From Felixounavirus NRG857CP1: DNA of 64,000 nucleotides. The position numbers were made by a program, and so were the translations under genes. Positions 1 through 10,649 of the stretch are shown piece by piece (position 1 is the stretch's first letter; each line of letters starts with the position of its first letter). The DNA lies in the sequence record OZ035806.1; one strand, given 5' to 3'. Under the pieces are notes generated by a model. The model saw nothing but the letters and a program-made list of their open reading frames with translations. It was not told the origin of the DNA and searched no databases.

Positions 1-29
1 CTGAATAATTCTATTTGCGGAGGCGCTTA

Positions 30-1631
30 ATGGACTTAAATGCTGTTAAGCAGAAGCGAGTGGAAGATGTTAGGAAAGTCCTAGCTGGAGAGTTGGGGCT
101 TTCTGATGAAGTAAAAGAAATTATCAAATCATTCGGTAAAGACCCCTCTAAATTCCTTCCAACTCAAATTCTGACTTTATTAAGATACACACCAGACCAA
201 GTTAGACTTATCTTCAAATTGATGACTGATAAGAACTATGTAGCCCCTCAGCCGGGTTCTCAAGAGGTCTTTTTAAATACTAATGCTGACTTGGTTCTTT
301 ATGGTGGTGCTGCTGGTGCTGGTAAAACTGCTGCATTGTTAATGGACTCTCTAAGATTTATTGAAGACCCTAACTATAATGCTGTATATTTCCGTCGAAA
401 TACAACACAGCTACAAGGTGGTTTATGGCCTGCTGCAAAGAAACTATTTGGTAAGTTTGGTGGGATTCCTCACGAGCAGAAAATGACTATCACATTCCCT
501 TCTGGGGCAACTATCAAGTTTACCTACCTAGAACTTGAAAAGCACGCTGAAGGTCATCAGGGTATTGAATACTCAGCTATTTACTTTGACGAAGGTACAC
601 ACTTCTCTGCTTCACAGATTTCATACCTACAAACCCGTCTACGTTCTGGTGCTGAAGGCGATTCATACATGAAGATTTCCATGAACCCAGACAGAGACCA
701 CTTTATTTACGATTGGGTAGAGCCATTCTTAGATGAAGAAGGCTATCCAGACCCTGAAAAGTGTGGTCGTATTCGATGGTATGTAATGAATGATGGTGTG
801 ATGGTTTCTGATTGGGAAAGGGATAAGATTCTTGAAATGTTCCCTCTTGAGATTCCTCAAACATACACATTCATCTCTGGTACGATTGATGATAACCCAA
901 TCCTTGACTTCTTAGAACCTAAGTACCGTGGTAAGTTGGAAAACAACACCCCTGTAAACGTTGCAAGACTTCGTTTCGGTAACTGGAAGGCTCGTGCAGA
1001 AGGTTCAAACTATTGGCAAAGACAGTGGTGTGAGATTGTTGATTCACTCCCAGAAGATGTATTTGATGTTAGAGCATGGGACTTAGCAGCAACTTTACCA
1101 TCTGAGATTAACCCTAATCCAGACTGGACAGCAGGTGTTAAGATGGGTAAATCTAAAAAAGACGGTTGCTATTATATCATTGATGTAGTAAGATTTAGAG
1201 ATAGACCCTCTGGAGTCGAAACACAAATTAATTTGACTGCTGAAAGTGACGGTAAGCGAACTGGTATTTTTATCCCTCAAGACCCAGGCGCTGCTGGTAA
1301 ATCCTACGCAACATCCCTCATCAGGAAACTTGCCGAGAAAGGTTATCGTGCAAGAGCCAAACCAACAAATAAAGATAAAGTTACCCGATTTGCGGGGTTT
1401 TCTGCTGCTTCTGAAGCTGGACTTGTGAAAGTCTTGAGAGGTAGTTGGAACGAAGCTTACTTTCAAGAGCTTGAAGGCTTTTGTGGTGATGGCAAAACTA
1501 AAGATGACCAAGTGGATGCTACCAGTGATGCTTTCAACAGTCTTAACGAAGTTAAATTATTCAAGCCACCATCAATGGGTGCTCACACAGATTTAGTGAG
1601 AGGAAACCCATATGAGGGGCTTAGACGTTGA
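30..1631 (+). CDS. terL: terminase large subunit (ATPase + nuclease)
   Basis: P-loop-like motif in LYGGAAGAGKTAAL; about 530 aa; GGAGG 6 nt upstream of ATG at 30 (ORF track opens at TTG 15); immediately followed by portal-size gene. Confidence 0.85.
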   Translation: MDLNAVKQKRVEDVRKVLAGELGLSDEVKEIIKSFGKDPSKFLPTQILTLLRYTPDQVRLIFKLMTDKNYVAPQPGSQEVFLNTNADLVLYGGAAGAGKTAALLMDSLRFIEDPNYNAVYFRRNTTQLQGGLWPAAKKLFGKFGGIPHEQKMTITFPSGATIKFTYLELEKHAEGHQGIEYSAIYFDEGTHFSASQISYLQTRLRSGAEGDSYMKISMNPDRDHFIYDWVEPFLDEEGYPDPEKCGRIRWYVMNDGVMVSDWERDKILEMFPLEIPQTYTFISGTIDDNPILDFLEPKYRGKLENNTPVNVARLRFGNWKARAEGSNYWQRQWCEIVDSLPEDVFDVRAWDLAATLPSEINPNPDWTAGVKMGKSKKDGCYYIIDVVRFRDRPSGVETQINLTAESDGKRTGIFIPQDPGAAGKSYATSLIRKLAEKGYRARAKPTNKDKVTRFAGFSAASEAGLVKVLRGSWNEAYFQELEGFCGDGKTKDDQVDATSDAFNSLNEVKLFKPPSMGAHTDLVRGNPYEGLRR

Positions 1632-1638
1632 TAGCTAG

Positions 1639-3114
1639 GTGAGAAGAATGGCAGATATTACAGAAACACAAGAAAGCTTACCACCATTTAGAATGGGTGA
1701 AGTAGGTTCTTTGGGTCTGAAGGTTAAGAATGGAAGAATCTATGAAGAACCTCGTCAGGCACTAAGGTTCCCTGAAAGTATTAAAACTTTCCAATTAATG
1801 ATGCGTGACCCTGCTGTAGCAGCATCTGTAAATATTATTAAGATGTTTGTCAGAAAAGTCAACTGGAGATTCGTACCTCCAAAGGGAAAAGAGCAAGACC
1901 CTAAAATGCTTGAAAGAGCAGACTTCTTTAATTCTTTAATGGATGACATGGAGCATGATTGGGCAGATTTTATTAATTCTGTAATGTCATTCTGCACTTA
2001 TGGGTTCTGTGTTAACGAGAAAGTTTATAAGAAGCGTCAGGGTAAAAAAGGAAAGTATCAGTCTAAATTTGATGATGGTCTAATTGGATGGGCTAAATTA
2101 CCAATTAGAAACCAATCAACACTTGATAAGTGGTATTTTGACGAAGACTTTAGAAAAGTTACTGGTGTTAGGCAGAATCTGAGAAATGTTTCACATATTG
2201 CTGGAGCAATTAATCTCGGAGAAAGACCACTAACAAGAAAACTTCCACGAGCTAAATTCATGCTGTTTAAGTATGACGATGAATATGGAAACCCAGAAGG
2301 TCGCTCACCATTACTTAATGCTTATGTACCGTGGAAGTATAAAGTTCAGATTGAAGAGTACGAAGCTGTTGGTGTCTCAAGAGATTTAGTAGGTATGCCA
2401 AAGATTGGTTTACCACCAGATTATCTGGATGAAAATGCAGAACCTGAAAAGAAAGCTTTCGTACAATACTGCAAAACTGTTGTTAACGATATGATTGCTA
2501 ATGATAGAGCGGGTTTAATCTGGCCTAGATATATCGACCCAGAAACTAAAGAGGATATTTTCGAGTTCTCATTAGTTTCTAGACAGGGTGCTAAAGCATA
2601 CGATACAGGTTCTATTATTGACAGATATTCCAAGCAGATTATGATGGCATTTATGTCAGATGTTCTTGCTATGGGTCAGTCAAAATACGGTTCATTCTCT
2701 CTTGCAGATTCTAAGACAAGCTTACTAGCGATGTCAGTAGATATTCTGCTTAAGCAAATTAAGAACGTAATTAACCGTGACTTAGTTGCACAGACTTATG
2801 CTCTTAATATGTGGGATGATGAAGAACATGTACAAATCACATATGATGATATCGAAACTCCAGACCTTGAAGCAATTGGTTCTTATATTCAGAAGACTGT
2901 TGCAGTAGGTGCTTTGGAAGTTGACAAAGAGCTATCTAACAAGCTTAGAGAGCATATTGGTCTTCCTCCTGCTGATGAATCTCAGCCAGTATCTGAAAAG
3001 CTTTCTCCAAATAGTCAAAGCCGCTCAGGAGATGGTTATAAGACCGCTGGAGAAGGTACTGCAAAGACACCTTCAGCGAAAGACCCAAGCACAGCAAATA
3101 AGGCAAATAAATAA
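1639..3114 (+). CDS. portal protein (putative)
   Basis: 491 aa ORF directly downstream of terL, acidic/Ser-rich C-terminus; assignment by size and conserved gene order. Confidence 0.6.
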   Translation: MRRMADITETQESLPPFRMGEVGSLGLKVKNGRIYEEPRQALRFPESIKTFQLMMRDPAVAASVNIIKMFVRKVNWRFVPPKGKEQDPKMLERADFFNSLMDDMEHDWADFINSVMSFCTYGFCVNEKVYKKRQGKKGKYQSKFDDGLIGWAKLPIRNQSTLDKWYFDEDFRKVTGVRQNLRNVSHIAGAINLGERPLTRKLPRAKFMLFKYDDEYGNPEGRSPLLNAYVPWKYKVQIEEYEAVGVSRDLVGMPKIGLPPDYLDENAEPEKKAFVQYCKTVVNDMIANDRAGLIWPRYIDPETKEDIFEFSLVSRQGAKAYDTGSIIDRYSKQIMMAFMSDVLAMGQSKYGSFSLADSKTSLLAMSVDILLKQIKNVINRDLVAQTYALNMWDDEEHVQITYDDIETPDLEAIGSYIQKTVAVGALEVDKELSNKLREHIGLPPADESQPVSEKLSPNSQSRSGDGYKTAGEGTAKTPSAKDPSTANKANK

Positions 3115-3614
3115 TGGCTGAAGTTATCTCTATTTCAAATGCTACACGAGTGCATTCGTATAGAGGTGTTCTTATTATCACTGACAAATTATCTGTAGGG
3201 GCTGGCTCAAGGGTCAGCCTTTCAGGTTATGTAAGTGATGGTGGAACCTCTGACGTTTTCACTATTTGCAGGTTACTTGATGCACCAATGAGTGGAAAAC
3301 CGTTTATTTCAGGAAATTGTAGTGAAATTGTTAAAATTCCATTTGACAGTTCATGCCTTTTGGGTGTAAAGTTATATAACTGCGAGAATAAACGTATCAA
3401 TGTTAATAGCATTGAAGCCGCTTTCATTACCCTCGACACTGCATTTCAATCTCCAATGACAGTTAATAAAGAAACAAACAGACTTGAATACATTTTTTCA
3501 CAAAATGATTACAAAGTACTTGTCAAAGGCAAAGTATATGATATGATTGTAAATGTGGTAGATGAATCTGGTAACCATTCAACAGTCCTTAAACAAAAAG
3601 TAAGGTTTAATTAA
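3114..3614 (+). CDS. hypothetical protein (head module)
   Basis: 166 aa ORF, start overlaps portal stop (ATGA-type coupling). Confidence 0.35.
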   Translation: MAEVISISNATRVHSYRGVLIITDKLSVGAGSRVSLSGYVSDGGTSDVFTICRLLDAPMSGKPFISGNCSEIVKIPFDSSCLLGVKLYNCENKRINVNSIEAAFITLDTAFQSPMTVNKETNRLEYIFSQNDYKVLVKGKVYDMIVNVVDESGNHSTVLKQKVRFN

Positions 3615-3946
3615 TGGGAACATTAACTATTGATGGTAAGAATAAAATCCTCGCCACGCTAACCCCAACGACTATTATTTTACACAATGTAGACCCAACG
3701 GCAGACCCTACAGCAAATAAGGTTACTCAGCCAGTGGCTATTTATTTTTCTGAACCGGATAATGGCTTAATTGCCTCAGAAGACACAGTTAATATCACTG
3801 TTCCAGCTTCTGCAACGGTCTCACACTATAGCTTGTGGGATGCTAACGATAAATGCGTGGCAACTGGTGCTCTTAGCAAACCTCAATTCTTTGCTGAAGA
3901 AGGTATCTATGTTATCTCTTCAGTCTCTGTAGATTTAAACAAATAG
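3614..3946 (+). CDS. hypothetical protein (head module)
   Basis: 110 aa ORF translationally coupled to upstream ORF. Confidence 0.35.
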   Translation: MGTLTIDGKNKILATLTPTTIILHNVDPTADPTANKVTQPVAIYFSEPDNGLIASEDTVNITVPASATVSHYSLWDANDKCVATGALSKPQFFAEEGIYVISSVSVDLNK

Positions 3947-3957
3947 GGTGAGTAAAA

Positions 3958-5304
3958 ATGAGTTCGAATATCTTCAGACTTGCTGATAGATTATTCAACC
4001 AACCTTTACTAGCCACTGAATCATTAGCTCACTCAGCAGCAACTTATGTGAATAACAGATTGCTGGGTGATGTCCAAGCAGCAGTAAACTTTGATAAACC
4101 CAAAGGTGAAGCAAGAAGTCTTTTAAAAGTAAAAGATGACATTGCTATTATCCCTATTATGGGTGGTTTAACCCATCGTATGACATTCATTGATGCAATG
4201 TGTACAGGTGGATTAAGCTCTTATGAAGGTTTGCGCAGAGGCTTTGACGAAGCTTTAGCAGATGAGTCAATCAAGACTATTGTTCTGCACATCGATTCTG
4301 GTGGTGGTGAAGCTTCAGGTTGCTTTGAATTAGCACGTCACATTATGGCTTCAAGAGGCCAAAAGAAAATTATTGCTTATGTAGATGAGTTCGCTTGTTC
4401 CGCTGCATACGCTCTTGCATCTTCTGCTGAAGAAATTATTGCATCACCAGATGCAGATGTTGGTTCTATCGGTGTAATCATGGTTCATCAGGAATTAACT
4501 AAGGCATTTGAAAAGAATGGCGTAACAATTAACGTCATCAAAGCTGGTGAGTTTAAAGGTATGGGTTCACCATTCCAAGCACTCTCAGAAGAAAGCAAAG
4601 AAAGACTTCAAAAGAGAATTAATGATACCTACGCAACCTTTACAGGTTTTGTAGCTGAATCTCGTAATCTCTCTGAAGAAGCTGTAAAGAATACTGAGGC
4701 GAATGTTTATTCTGCTCAGGAAGCTCTTGAACTTGGTTTAATTAACTCAATCATGTCTCAAGATGATTTCTTAAATTACTTACAAGGTTCTGAAGAGGCT
4801 CCTGTAAGTTTAAACGTTAACAATTCAGGTGAAGAAATGACTGAACAAGAAAAGCAAGAACTAGAAGCTTTGCGTCTTCAGGTTGCTCAAATGAAAGCTA
4901 AAGAACAGGAAGCTGCTTTGTCAGATTTGACTAATAAGATTTCTGCTTCTGCTGAAGCTTTTGGATTTGATGCAAAAGAAGCTGCAACGACTATTTTAGG
5001 TGCTGGTCTTGATAACCCTCTGAGTGTTCTGTTTATGAATGCTATGGAAGGTGCTAACCAGAAACTTAATGAAACTATCGCGTCCCATGCTTCTGCAATG
5101 GAAGAAAAAGAATCAGAAATTACCAAGCTGAAAGAAACTGCTGGTGCTGTTCTTGAACATTCTAATGCTATGGAAGAAATGGGTAATGACGGCGAAGCTG
5201 ATTTGGTTGAAGAAGAAAAAGAACCAGCTAAGAATGCTTCCGAAGACACCGCTGAACAACGCAAACTGGCTCTCCAGAATGCTCTAAAATCTCTTATCAA
5301 ATAA
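3958..5304 (+). CDS. prohead protease, S49 (SppA/ClpP-like) family, with C-terminal coiled-coil scaffold-like domain
   Basis: N-terminal half resembles S49 peptidases (HIDSGGGEASG, FACSAAYALASSAEEI, GSIGVIMVHQEL); C-terminal half is Glu/Ala/Lys-rich and coiled-coil-like; lies between portal and capsid genes as lambda gpC/Nu3 does. Confidence 0.7.
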   Translation: MSSNIFRLADRLFNQPLLATESLAHSAATYVNNRLLGDVQAAVNFDKPKGEARSLLKVKDDIAIIPIMGGLTHRMTFIDAMCTGGLSSYEGLRRGFDEALADESIKTIVLHIDSGGGEASGCFELARHIMASRGQKKIIAYVDEFACSAAYALASSAEEIIASPDADVGSIGVIMVHQELTKAFEKNGVTINVIKAGEFKGMGSPFQALSEESKERLQKRINDTYATFTGFVAESRNLSEEAVKNTEANVYSAQEALELGLINSIMSQDDFLNYLQGSEEAPVSLNVNNSGEEMTEQEKQELEALRLQVAQMKAKEQEAALSDLTNKISASAEAFGFDAKEAATTILGAGLDNPLSVLFMNAMEGANQKLNETIASHASAMEEKESEITKLKETAGAVLEHSNAMEEMGNDGEADLVEEEKEPAKNASEDTAEQRKLALQNALKSLIK

Positions 5305-5315
5305 GGAACACAATA

Positions 5316-5693
5316 ATGGCATATCAAGGTTTTACTAAGTTAGGTAACAGAGAACCTCTGAATGATATCATTCTTTGGGAACAGATTACCCCAACAGGCC
5401 ACTCTCGTAAAGAGTACACTCCAGTTGCTTCAACAGAATACCGCGTAGGTGAAGTTCTGAAAGCAGATGGTACTAAGGTACAAGCTGGAGAAGAAGCCCA
5501 AGCAGACTCTGTATGTATCGTTAATTTCTACGCAGACCTACAACTGTCTTACCACGGTCAGTTGAAAGTTGTTGGTATTTACCGTGACGCAGAACTAAAA
5601 GACCTGCTTACTCTTGAATCAGATGTTGATGCTGATGCAGTCAAGACAGCTCTGGCTGCTAAAGGTATTGATTTCGTACCAACTGGCCTGTAA
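5316..5693 (+). CDS. head decoration-like protein (putative)
   Basis: 125 aa ORF immediately upstream of the major capsid gene, the position of lambda gpD; no motif proof. Confidence 0.4.
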   Translation: MAYQGFTKLGNREPLNDIILWEQITPTGHSRKEYTPVASTEYRVGEVLKADGTKVQAGEEAQADSVCIVNFYADLQLSYHGQLKVVGIYRDAELKDLLTLESDVDADAVKTALAAKGIDFVPTGL

Positions 5694-5726
5694 TAACAAT
5701 AATAAGACATTCTGGAGAATTTTACA

Positions 5727-6836
5727 ATGTTGACTAATTCTGAAAAAAGCAGATTTTTCCTTGCTGACCTGACTGGTGAAGTCCAGTCTATCCCAAATAC
5801 TTATGGGTATATTTCCAACTTAGGTCTATTCCGTTCAGCACCAATCACCCAAACTACTTTCCTTATGGACTTGACTGATTGGGATGTTAGCTTGCTTGAT
5901 GCGGTAGACCGTGATAGCCGTAAAGCAGAGACTAGCGCACCTGAGCGTGTTCGTCAAATCAGCTTCCCAATGATGTACTTCAAAGAAGTTGAAAGCATTA
6001 CTCCTGATGAGATTCAGGGTGTACGTCAGCCAGGCACTGCAAACGAACTGACTACTGAAGCTGTAGTACGTGCCAAGAAGCTGATGAAGATTCGTACCAA
6101 GTTCGATATTACTCGTGAGTTCCTGTTTATGCAAGCTCTGAAGGGTAAAGTTGTTGATGCTCGTGGTACTCTGTATGCTGACCTGTACAAGCAGTTCGAC
6201 GTTGAGAAGAAAACTGTTTACTTCGACCTTGACAACCCTAATGCTGACATCGACGCTTCTATTGAAGAACTGCGTATGCACATGGAAGACGAAGCTAAGA
6301 CTGGCACTGTAATCAACGGTGAAGAAATTCACGTAGTTGTTGACCGTGTATTCTTCAGCAAACTGGTTAAGCATCCTAAGATTCGTGACGCTTATCTTGC
6401 ACAGCAGACTCCGCTGGCTTGGCAACAGATTACTGGTTCTCTGAGAACTGGTGGTACTGATGGCGTTCAGGCTCACATGAACACTTTCTACTACGGTGGT
6501 GTTAAGTTTGTCCAGTACAACGGTAAGTTCAAAGACAAGCGTGGTAAAGTTCACACTCTGGTTAGCATTGATGGTGTTACTCAGGATGGAACTGTAGGTG
6601 TAGGACATGCTTTCCCTAACGTCTCTATGCTGGGTGAAGCAAACAACATCTTCGAAGTGGCATATGGCCCATGTCCTAAGATGGGTTATGCGAATACACT
6701 TGGTCAGGAACTATACGTATTTGAATACGAAAAAGACCGTGACGAAGGTATCGACTTTGAAGCTCACTCTTACATGCTGCCATACTGTACTCGTCCTCAG
6801 TTGCTGGTAGATGTTCGTTCTGACGCTAAAGACTAA
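5727..6836 (+). CDS. major capsid protein (putative)
   Basis: 369 aa ORF downstream of protease/decoration genes; high-expression-like codon usage; assignment by order and size. Confidence 0.6.
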   Translation: MLTNSEKSRFFLADLTGEVQSIPNTYGYISNLGLFRSAPITQTTFLMDLTDWDVSLLDAVDRDSRKAETSAPERVRQISFPMMYFKEVESITPDEIQGVRQPGTANELTTEAVVRAKKLMKIRTKFDITREFLFMQALKGKVVDARGTLYADLYKQFDVEKKTVYFDLDNPNADIDASIEELRMHMEDEAKTGTVINGEEIHVVVDRVFFSKLVKHPKIRDAYLAQQTPLAWQQITGSLRTGGTDGVQAHMNTFYYGGVKFVQYNGKFKDKRGKVHTLVSIDGVTQDGTVGVGHAFPNVSMLGEANNIFEVAYGPCPKMGYANTLGQELYVFEYEKDRDEGIDFEAHSYMLPYCTRPQLLVDVRSDAKD

Positions 6837-6857
6837 TATTCTTAAGGAGGGTTATGA

Positions 6858-7307
6858 ATGTGTTATACAGGCGACCCAGCCAATAACCCTCTTGATAGAG
6901 TAAGAATCCTCTGCACAGACACCAATAATGACGAAATTCTTATTGAACAGTCTGTGCTAGAGTGGTTCTACCTAGAATCTGGAAAGGATGAAAAGAAAGC
7001 AGCCATCAAAGCTCTTAAATATTTACTCTTTCAAGTAGCCAAGATGGGAGATGAGAAGGTTGGTGGTGTTTATTTACGTAACTCTTCCAGATTCAAGTCT
7101 CTGAAAGCTGTTTATGACGACCTTGTTAAAAGCTCTGTTTCAGGACTACCCTATGCAGGTGGTATTAATCAGTGTGATATTGACATGCGTCGTCAGAATC
7201 CTTGCTCTGTCAAGAAATACACAGAATATGGTGATGCTGCCAGATACGAAGGCAGAGATTACTGCAACCGTGTTAATGGCGTATTTATTATCGAGCGAGA
7301 TGAATAA
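6858..7307 (+). CDS. hypothetical protein (head-tail joining region)
   Basis: 149 aa ORF with GGAGG RBS. Confidence 0.35.
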   Translation: MCYTGDPANNPLDRVRILCTDTNNDEILIEQSVLEWFYLESGKDEKKAAIKALKYLLFQVAKMGDEKVGGVYLRNSSRFKSLKAVYDDLVKSSVSGLPYAGGINQCDIDMRRQNPCSVKKYTEYGDAARYEGRDYCNRVNGVFIIERDE

Positions 7308-7789
7308 TGGTTAAAAGGGTTATTCACCCCGCTAGAGCAAAATTAGTCGGGGCTATGAAGAACTTGCAAACGGCTAATGCTCAAGTTGGGTATTTTCAAG
7401 AACAAGGTCAACATAGCTCTGGTTTTTCTTATCCTGCTTTAATGTATTTACAAGAAGTTATTGGGGTTCCTTCAGCTTCTGGTAAAGTATATCGTAGGTT
7501 GTTTGAAATCACTATGATGCTAAACAAACAGACCTTGTTAGAGCAGACTAAGAAGAATCTATATAAGCAACTTAGCAGTCTCAACACAGACCCTTCAAAT
7601 ACCTTAGAAGCATTTGCAAAGAATGCTCAAAAGGCAATTAAAAGGGGTTTTGGTAATTCTGCTATCCTCCCTCCTAACGCACCTTCCACAGTCAAGAAAA
7701 AAGGCTTTAACGCACCTCTTGTTGAAACAGGTGACTTAAGAGATAACCTTGCTTATAAAATTTCTACTAAGAAGGGTATTAAGAAATGA
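7307..7789 (+). CDS. hypothetical protein (head-tail joining region)
   Basis: 160 aa ORF, start overlaps upstream stop. Confidence 0.35.
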   Translation: MVKRVIHPARAKLVGAMKNLQTANAQVGYFQEQGQHSSGFSYPALMYLQEVIGVPSASGKVYRRLFEITMMLNKQTLLEQTKKNLYKQLSSLNTDPSNTLEAFAKNAQKAIKRGFGNSAILPPNAPSTVKKKGFNAPLVETGDLRDNLAYKISTKKGIKK

Positions 7790-8187
7790 GACTCTTAAAC
7801 AGACACAGCTTTGTAGTAAAGCGTAAAGTCTCTGAAGACGGTTATTATAATGATGATGGTGATTGGGTAGCTTCACAAGATATTGTAGAGGTTAACTGCA
7901 AAGGTAATATCCAGCCATATATCAAAGGTTCTGTAAAGAATGGTACACAGATTGCTTTACCGGAAGGTATTAGACTTACCGATACAAGAATCCTGTATAC
8001 CACATATAAACTTAGAACTTCAGATGATGTAGAGTGGAATGAGTCTGATATTGTTATGATTGATGGTCATGAGTATGAAGTATTTATGACTATGGATTGG
8101 TCACAGCAATTAGCCCATACGTCCCATTATGAATATATCATTATTAGAAGGGATAAAATGAATGCAGTTAGAAACAGCAGAACTTGA
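7786..8187 (+). CDS. hypothetical protein (head-tail joining region)
   Basis: 133 aa ORF overlapping upstream stop (ATGA). Confidence 0.35.
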   Translation: MRLLNRHSFVVKRKVSEDGYYNDDGDWVASQDIVEVNCKGNIQPYIKGSVKNGTQIALPEGIRLTDTRILYTTYKLRTSDDVEWNESDIVMIDGHEYEVFMTMDWSQQLAHTSHYEYIIIRRDKMNAVRNSRT

Positions 8188-8761
8188 AAAAGGTCTAGTT
8201 AGAACCTTAGTGGATGTTATTGGTCACAGATTAGCTCGTGATAAAAATAATAGACCAAACGTAATTAGAGCTTACCCTTCTGATAACTCAAATGATAAAG
8301 GTTTAAAACCTGACCAGCCATTTATCACCGTATATTGTCAAGATGCTGCAACACCTTATGGTTGGGTTCTTGATAAGTTTGTTGAAGATGATGTAGTTTG
8401 TTACAGAATTGCTTTTCAGATTCCTGTATTAATTACGGTGAATGGTAAAGGTGCTCACAGCATTATGCTTGAGCTTAAACAACGATTAGAGATGAGTTCA
8501 GTCAGGGATTTAATTCTTGAAGAAACAGGAGCTACAGTACTGGACACTGGAGCAATCCCAAATGATTACACTTATCTCAATACAGATTTCGAAAATTCTG
8601 CACCTCTTGTTGTAACTCTTGTAAAGAACTCAGTCCTAAAAGATGAACGTGGAAGTATTATTGAGCGTGTCATTGTTGATGGTGAGTTGGTTTATGAAGA
8701 AGGACAAGAGCCACCAGAATATACTATCCATCTAGATGTAGACTCCAAAGGGGTAAAATAA
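8162..8761 (+). CDS. hypothetical protein (tail completion/neck candidate)
   Basis: 199 aa ORF immediately upstream of sheath-size gene. Confidence 0.35.
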   Translation: MQLETAELEKGLVRTLVDVIGHRLARDKNNRPNVIRAYPSDNSNDKGLKPDQPFITVYCQDAATPYGWVLDKFVEDDVVCYRIAFQIPVLITVNGKGAHSIMLELKQRLEMSSVRDLILEETGATVLDTGAIPNDYTYLNTDFENSAPLVVTLVKNSVLKDERGSIIERVIVDGELVYEEGQEPPEYTIHLDVDSKGVK

Positions 8762-10114
8762 ATGTGGAATCCAATTGTTAATGTAGATATTACATTGAAC
8801 ACCGCAGGAACTACAAGAGAAGGTTTTGGTTTGCCACTATTCTTAGCTTCAACAGATAACTTTGAAGAAAGAGTGCGTGGCTACACTTCCTTAACTGAAG
8901 TTGCTGAAGATTTCGATGAAAACTCTGCTGCATATAAGGCTGCTAAACAACTTTGGAGTCAGACTCCTAAAGTAACTCAGCTTTATATTGGTAGACGTGC
9001 TATGCAGTACACTGTATCAATTCCTGATGCCGTTACAGAAAGTACAGACTACTCAATTACTGTAGCTGCTGGCGGCGGAATCTCTCAACCATACCAGTAC
9101 ACAGCACAAGACTCAGACACTGCTGAGGTAGTGTTGCAACAGTTTAAAACACAGATTGAAGCTGACCCAACAATCAAAGATAAGGTTTCTGTGAATGTAA
9201 CTGGTAGCAATGGTTCTGCCACAATGGTTATTACCAAAGCGGGTGATAATGACTTTGTGAAAGTAACAACTACAGCACAGACTGTGTATATTGCAAGTAC
9301 AACTGCTGATACAGCATCAACTGCTCTGGCAGCTATTGAAGCTTATTCTACTGACTGGTATTTCATTGCAGCAGAAGACAGAACTCAACAGTTTGTCTTA
9401 GCAATGGCTTCTGAGATTCAGGCTCGTAAGAAAATCTTCTTCACTGCTAACTCTGATGTATCAGCACTACAAGGTACAGAATTAGCCAGTGCAAATGATG
9501 TTCCAGCACAGCTTGCTAAGAATATGTACACTCGTACAGTTTGCTTGTGGCATCACGCAGCAGCAGAAGACTATCCAGAGATGGCATACATTGCTTATGG
9601 TGCTCCATATGATGCAGGTTCAATTGCTTGGGGTAATGCTCAGCTAACTGGTGTAGCAGCTTCTCTACAACCTTCTAATCAGAGACCTCTGACAAGTATT
9701 CAGAAGTCAGCTTTAGATGCACGTCACTGTAACTTTATTGACCTTGATGGTGGTGTTCCAGTGGTTCGTAGAGGGATTACTTCTGGTGGGGAATGGATTG
9801 ATATCATCCGTGGTGTTGACTGGTTAGAATCAGACCTGAAAACTTCTCTGAGAGACTTGCTAATTAACCAGAAGGGTGGTAAGATTACTTATGATGATAC
9901 TGGTATTACCCGTATTCGTCAAGTCATTGAAACCTCTCTGCAAAGAGCAGTCAACAGAAACTTCCTGTCATCTTACACAGTTAATGTTCCTAAAGCCTCT
10001 CAAGTTGCTTTGGCAGACAAGAAAGCACGTATCCTGAAAGACGTTACCTTCGCAGGTATCTTAGCAGGGGCTATCTTGGATGTTGACTTGAAAGGTACAG
10101 TGGCTTACGAATAA
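8762..10114 (+). CDS. tail sheath protein (putative)
   Basis: 450 aa ORF followed by a 148 aa ORF, an intrinsic terminator, two small chaperone-like ORFs and the tape measure gene: the sheath-tube-chaperone-TMP order of contractile tails. Confidence 0.5.
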   Translation: MWNPIVNVDITLNTAGTTREGFGLPLFLASTDNFEERVRGYTSLTEVAEDFDENSAAYKAAKQLWSQTPKVTQLYIGRRAMQYTVSIPDAVTESTDYSITVAAGGGISQPYQYTAQDSDTAEVVLQQFKTQIEADPTIKDKVSVNVTGSNGSATMVITKAGDNDFVKVTTTAQTVYIASTTADTASTALAAIEAYSTDWYFIAAEDRTQQFVLAMASEIQARKKIFFTANSDVSALQGTELASANDVPAQLAKNMYTRTVCLWHHAAAEDYPEMAYIAYGAPYDAGSIAWGNAQLTGVAASLQPSNQRPLTSIQKSALDARHCNFIDLDGGVPVVRRGITSGGEWIDIIRGVDWLESDLKTSLRDLLINQKGGKITYDDTGITRIRQVIETSLQRAVNRNFLSSYTVNVPKASQVALADKKARILKDVTFAGILAGAILDVDLKGTVAYE

Positions 10115-10129
10115 TAGAGGTAAATTGGA

Positions 10130-10576
10130 ATGGCTATGTATCAGCAATATTCCCCTAAAGACGTTGTATGTAGCTGGAATGGTATTGCCATTGAAGGCTT
10201 TGCCCCAGACTCATTCTTACGTCTACAGAGAACATCACCACTTGTGACACCAGTTGTTGGTGCAGGTGGTCAGGTTGCTCTGACAAGAAATGCAGACAAG
10301 ACAGGTACTATTGAGATTGAGCTAATGCAGACTTCTCTCTCTAACCAGATGCTTTCTGCAATTCAAGCTAAACAAGACAATATGGAACTTGAAGAAGATA
10401 TCTCTTCTAACTTCGTAATCTACGACCCATCAGGCTCTGTTCTGGCAACCGGTATTAATGCTTGGTTGCAGGAATTACCACAGATTGAACTTGGTCGTGA
10501 CCAGAACTCTAAAACTTGGATTTTTGGTTGTGAGAAGCTAGACTACACTTCTACAATTCCAGCGTCAAGTGTTTAA
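10130..10576 (+). CDS. tail tube protein (putative)
   Basis: 148 aa ORF after sheath candidate, followed by a strong terminator. Confidence 0.45.
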   Translation: MAMYQQYSPKDVVCSWNGIAIEGFAPDSFLRLQRTSPLVTPVVGAGGQVALTRNADKTGTIEIELMQTSLSNQMLSAIQAKQDNMELEEDISSNFVIYDPSGSVLATGINAWLQELPQIELGRDQNSKTWIFGCEKLDYTSTIPASSV

Positions 10577-10588
10577 TAAATCCTATAA

Positions 10589-10621
10589 GGGGGAGACTTT
10601 AAAAGGTCTTCCCCTTTTTTG
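10589..10621 (+). terminator. intrinsic terminator after tube candidate
   Basis: stem ggggagac / gtcttcccc (one bulge) with loop ttttaaaag, then tttttt. Confidence 0.6.
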
Positions 10622-10649
10622 TTTCTTTTAAAAGTATTAAGGAATCACA

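Noticed and set aside
15-29. TTG at position 15 as terminase start
   Set aside because: The in-frame ATG at 30 is preceded by GGAGG at the right spacing; TTG 15 is probably just the 5' limit of the open frame.
5835-6608. 257-aa ORF on the minus strand inside the major capsid gene, and similar antisense or out-of-frame ORFs (1095-1511, 4887-5327, 18227-18754, 19883-20158, 24649-25065, 28463-29192, 32189-33084, 38673-39044, 53286-53597, 54885-55412, 59043-59387)
   Set aside because: They lie entirely within, or antisense to, longer ORFs with recognisable protein motifs, and have low-complexity composition typical of the antisense of AT-rich coding DNA; judged spurious.
8762-10576. Alternative reading of the 450-aa and 148-aa proteins as a siphovirus major tail protein plus accessory protein
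   Set aside because: The downstream baseplate-like gene series (hub-, spike-, W-, J-, I-like sizes and order) fits a contractile tail better; sheath/tube assignment kept at moderate confidence.
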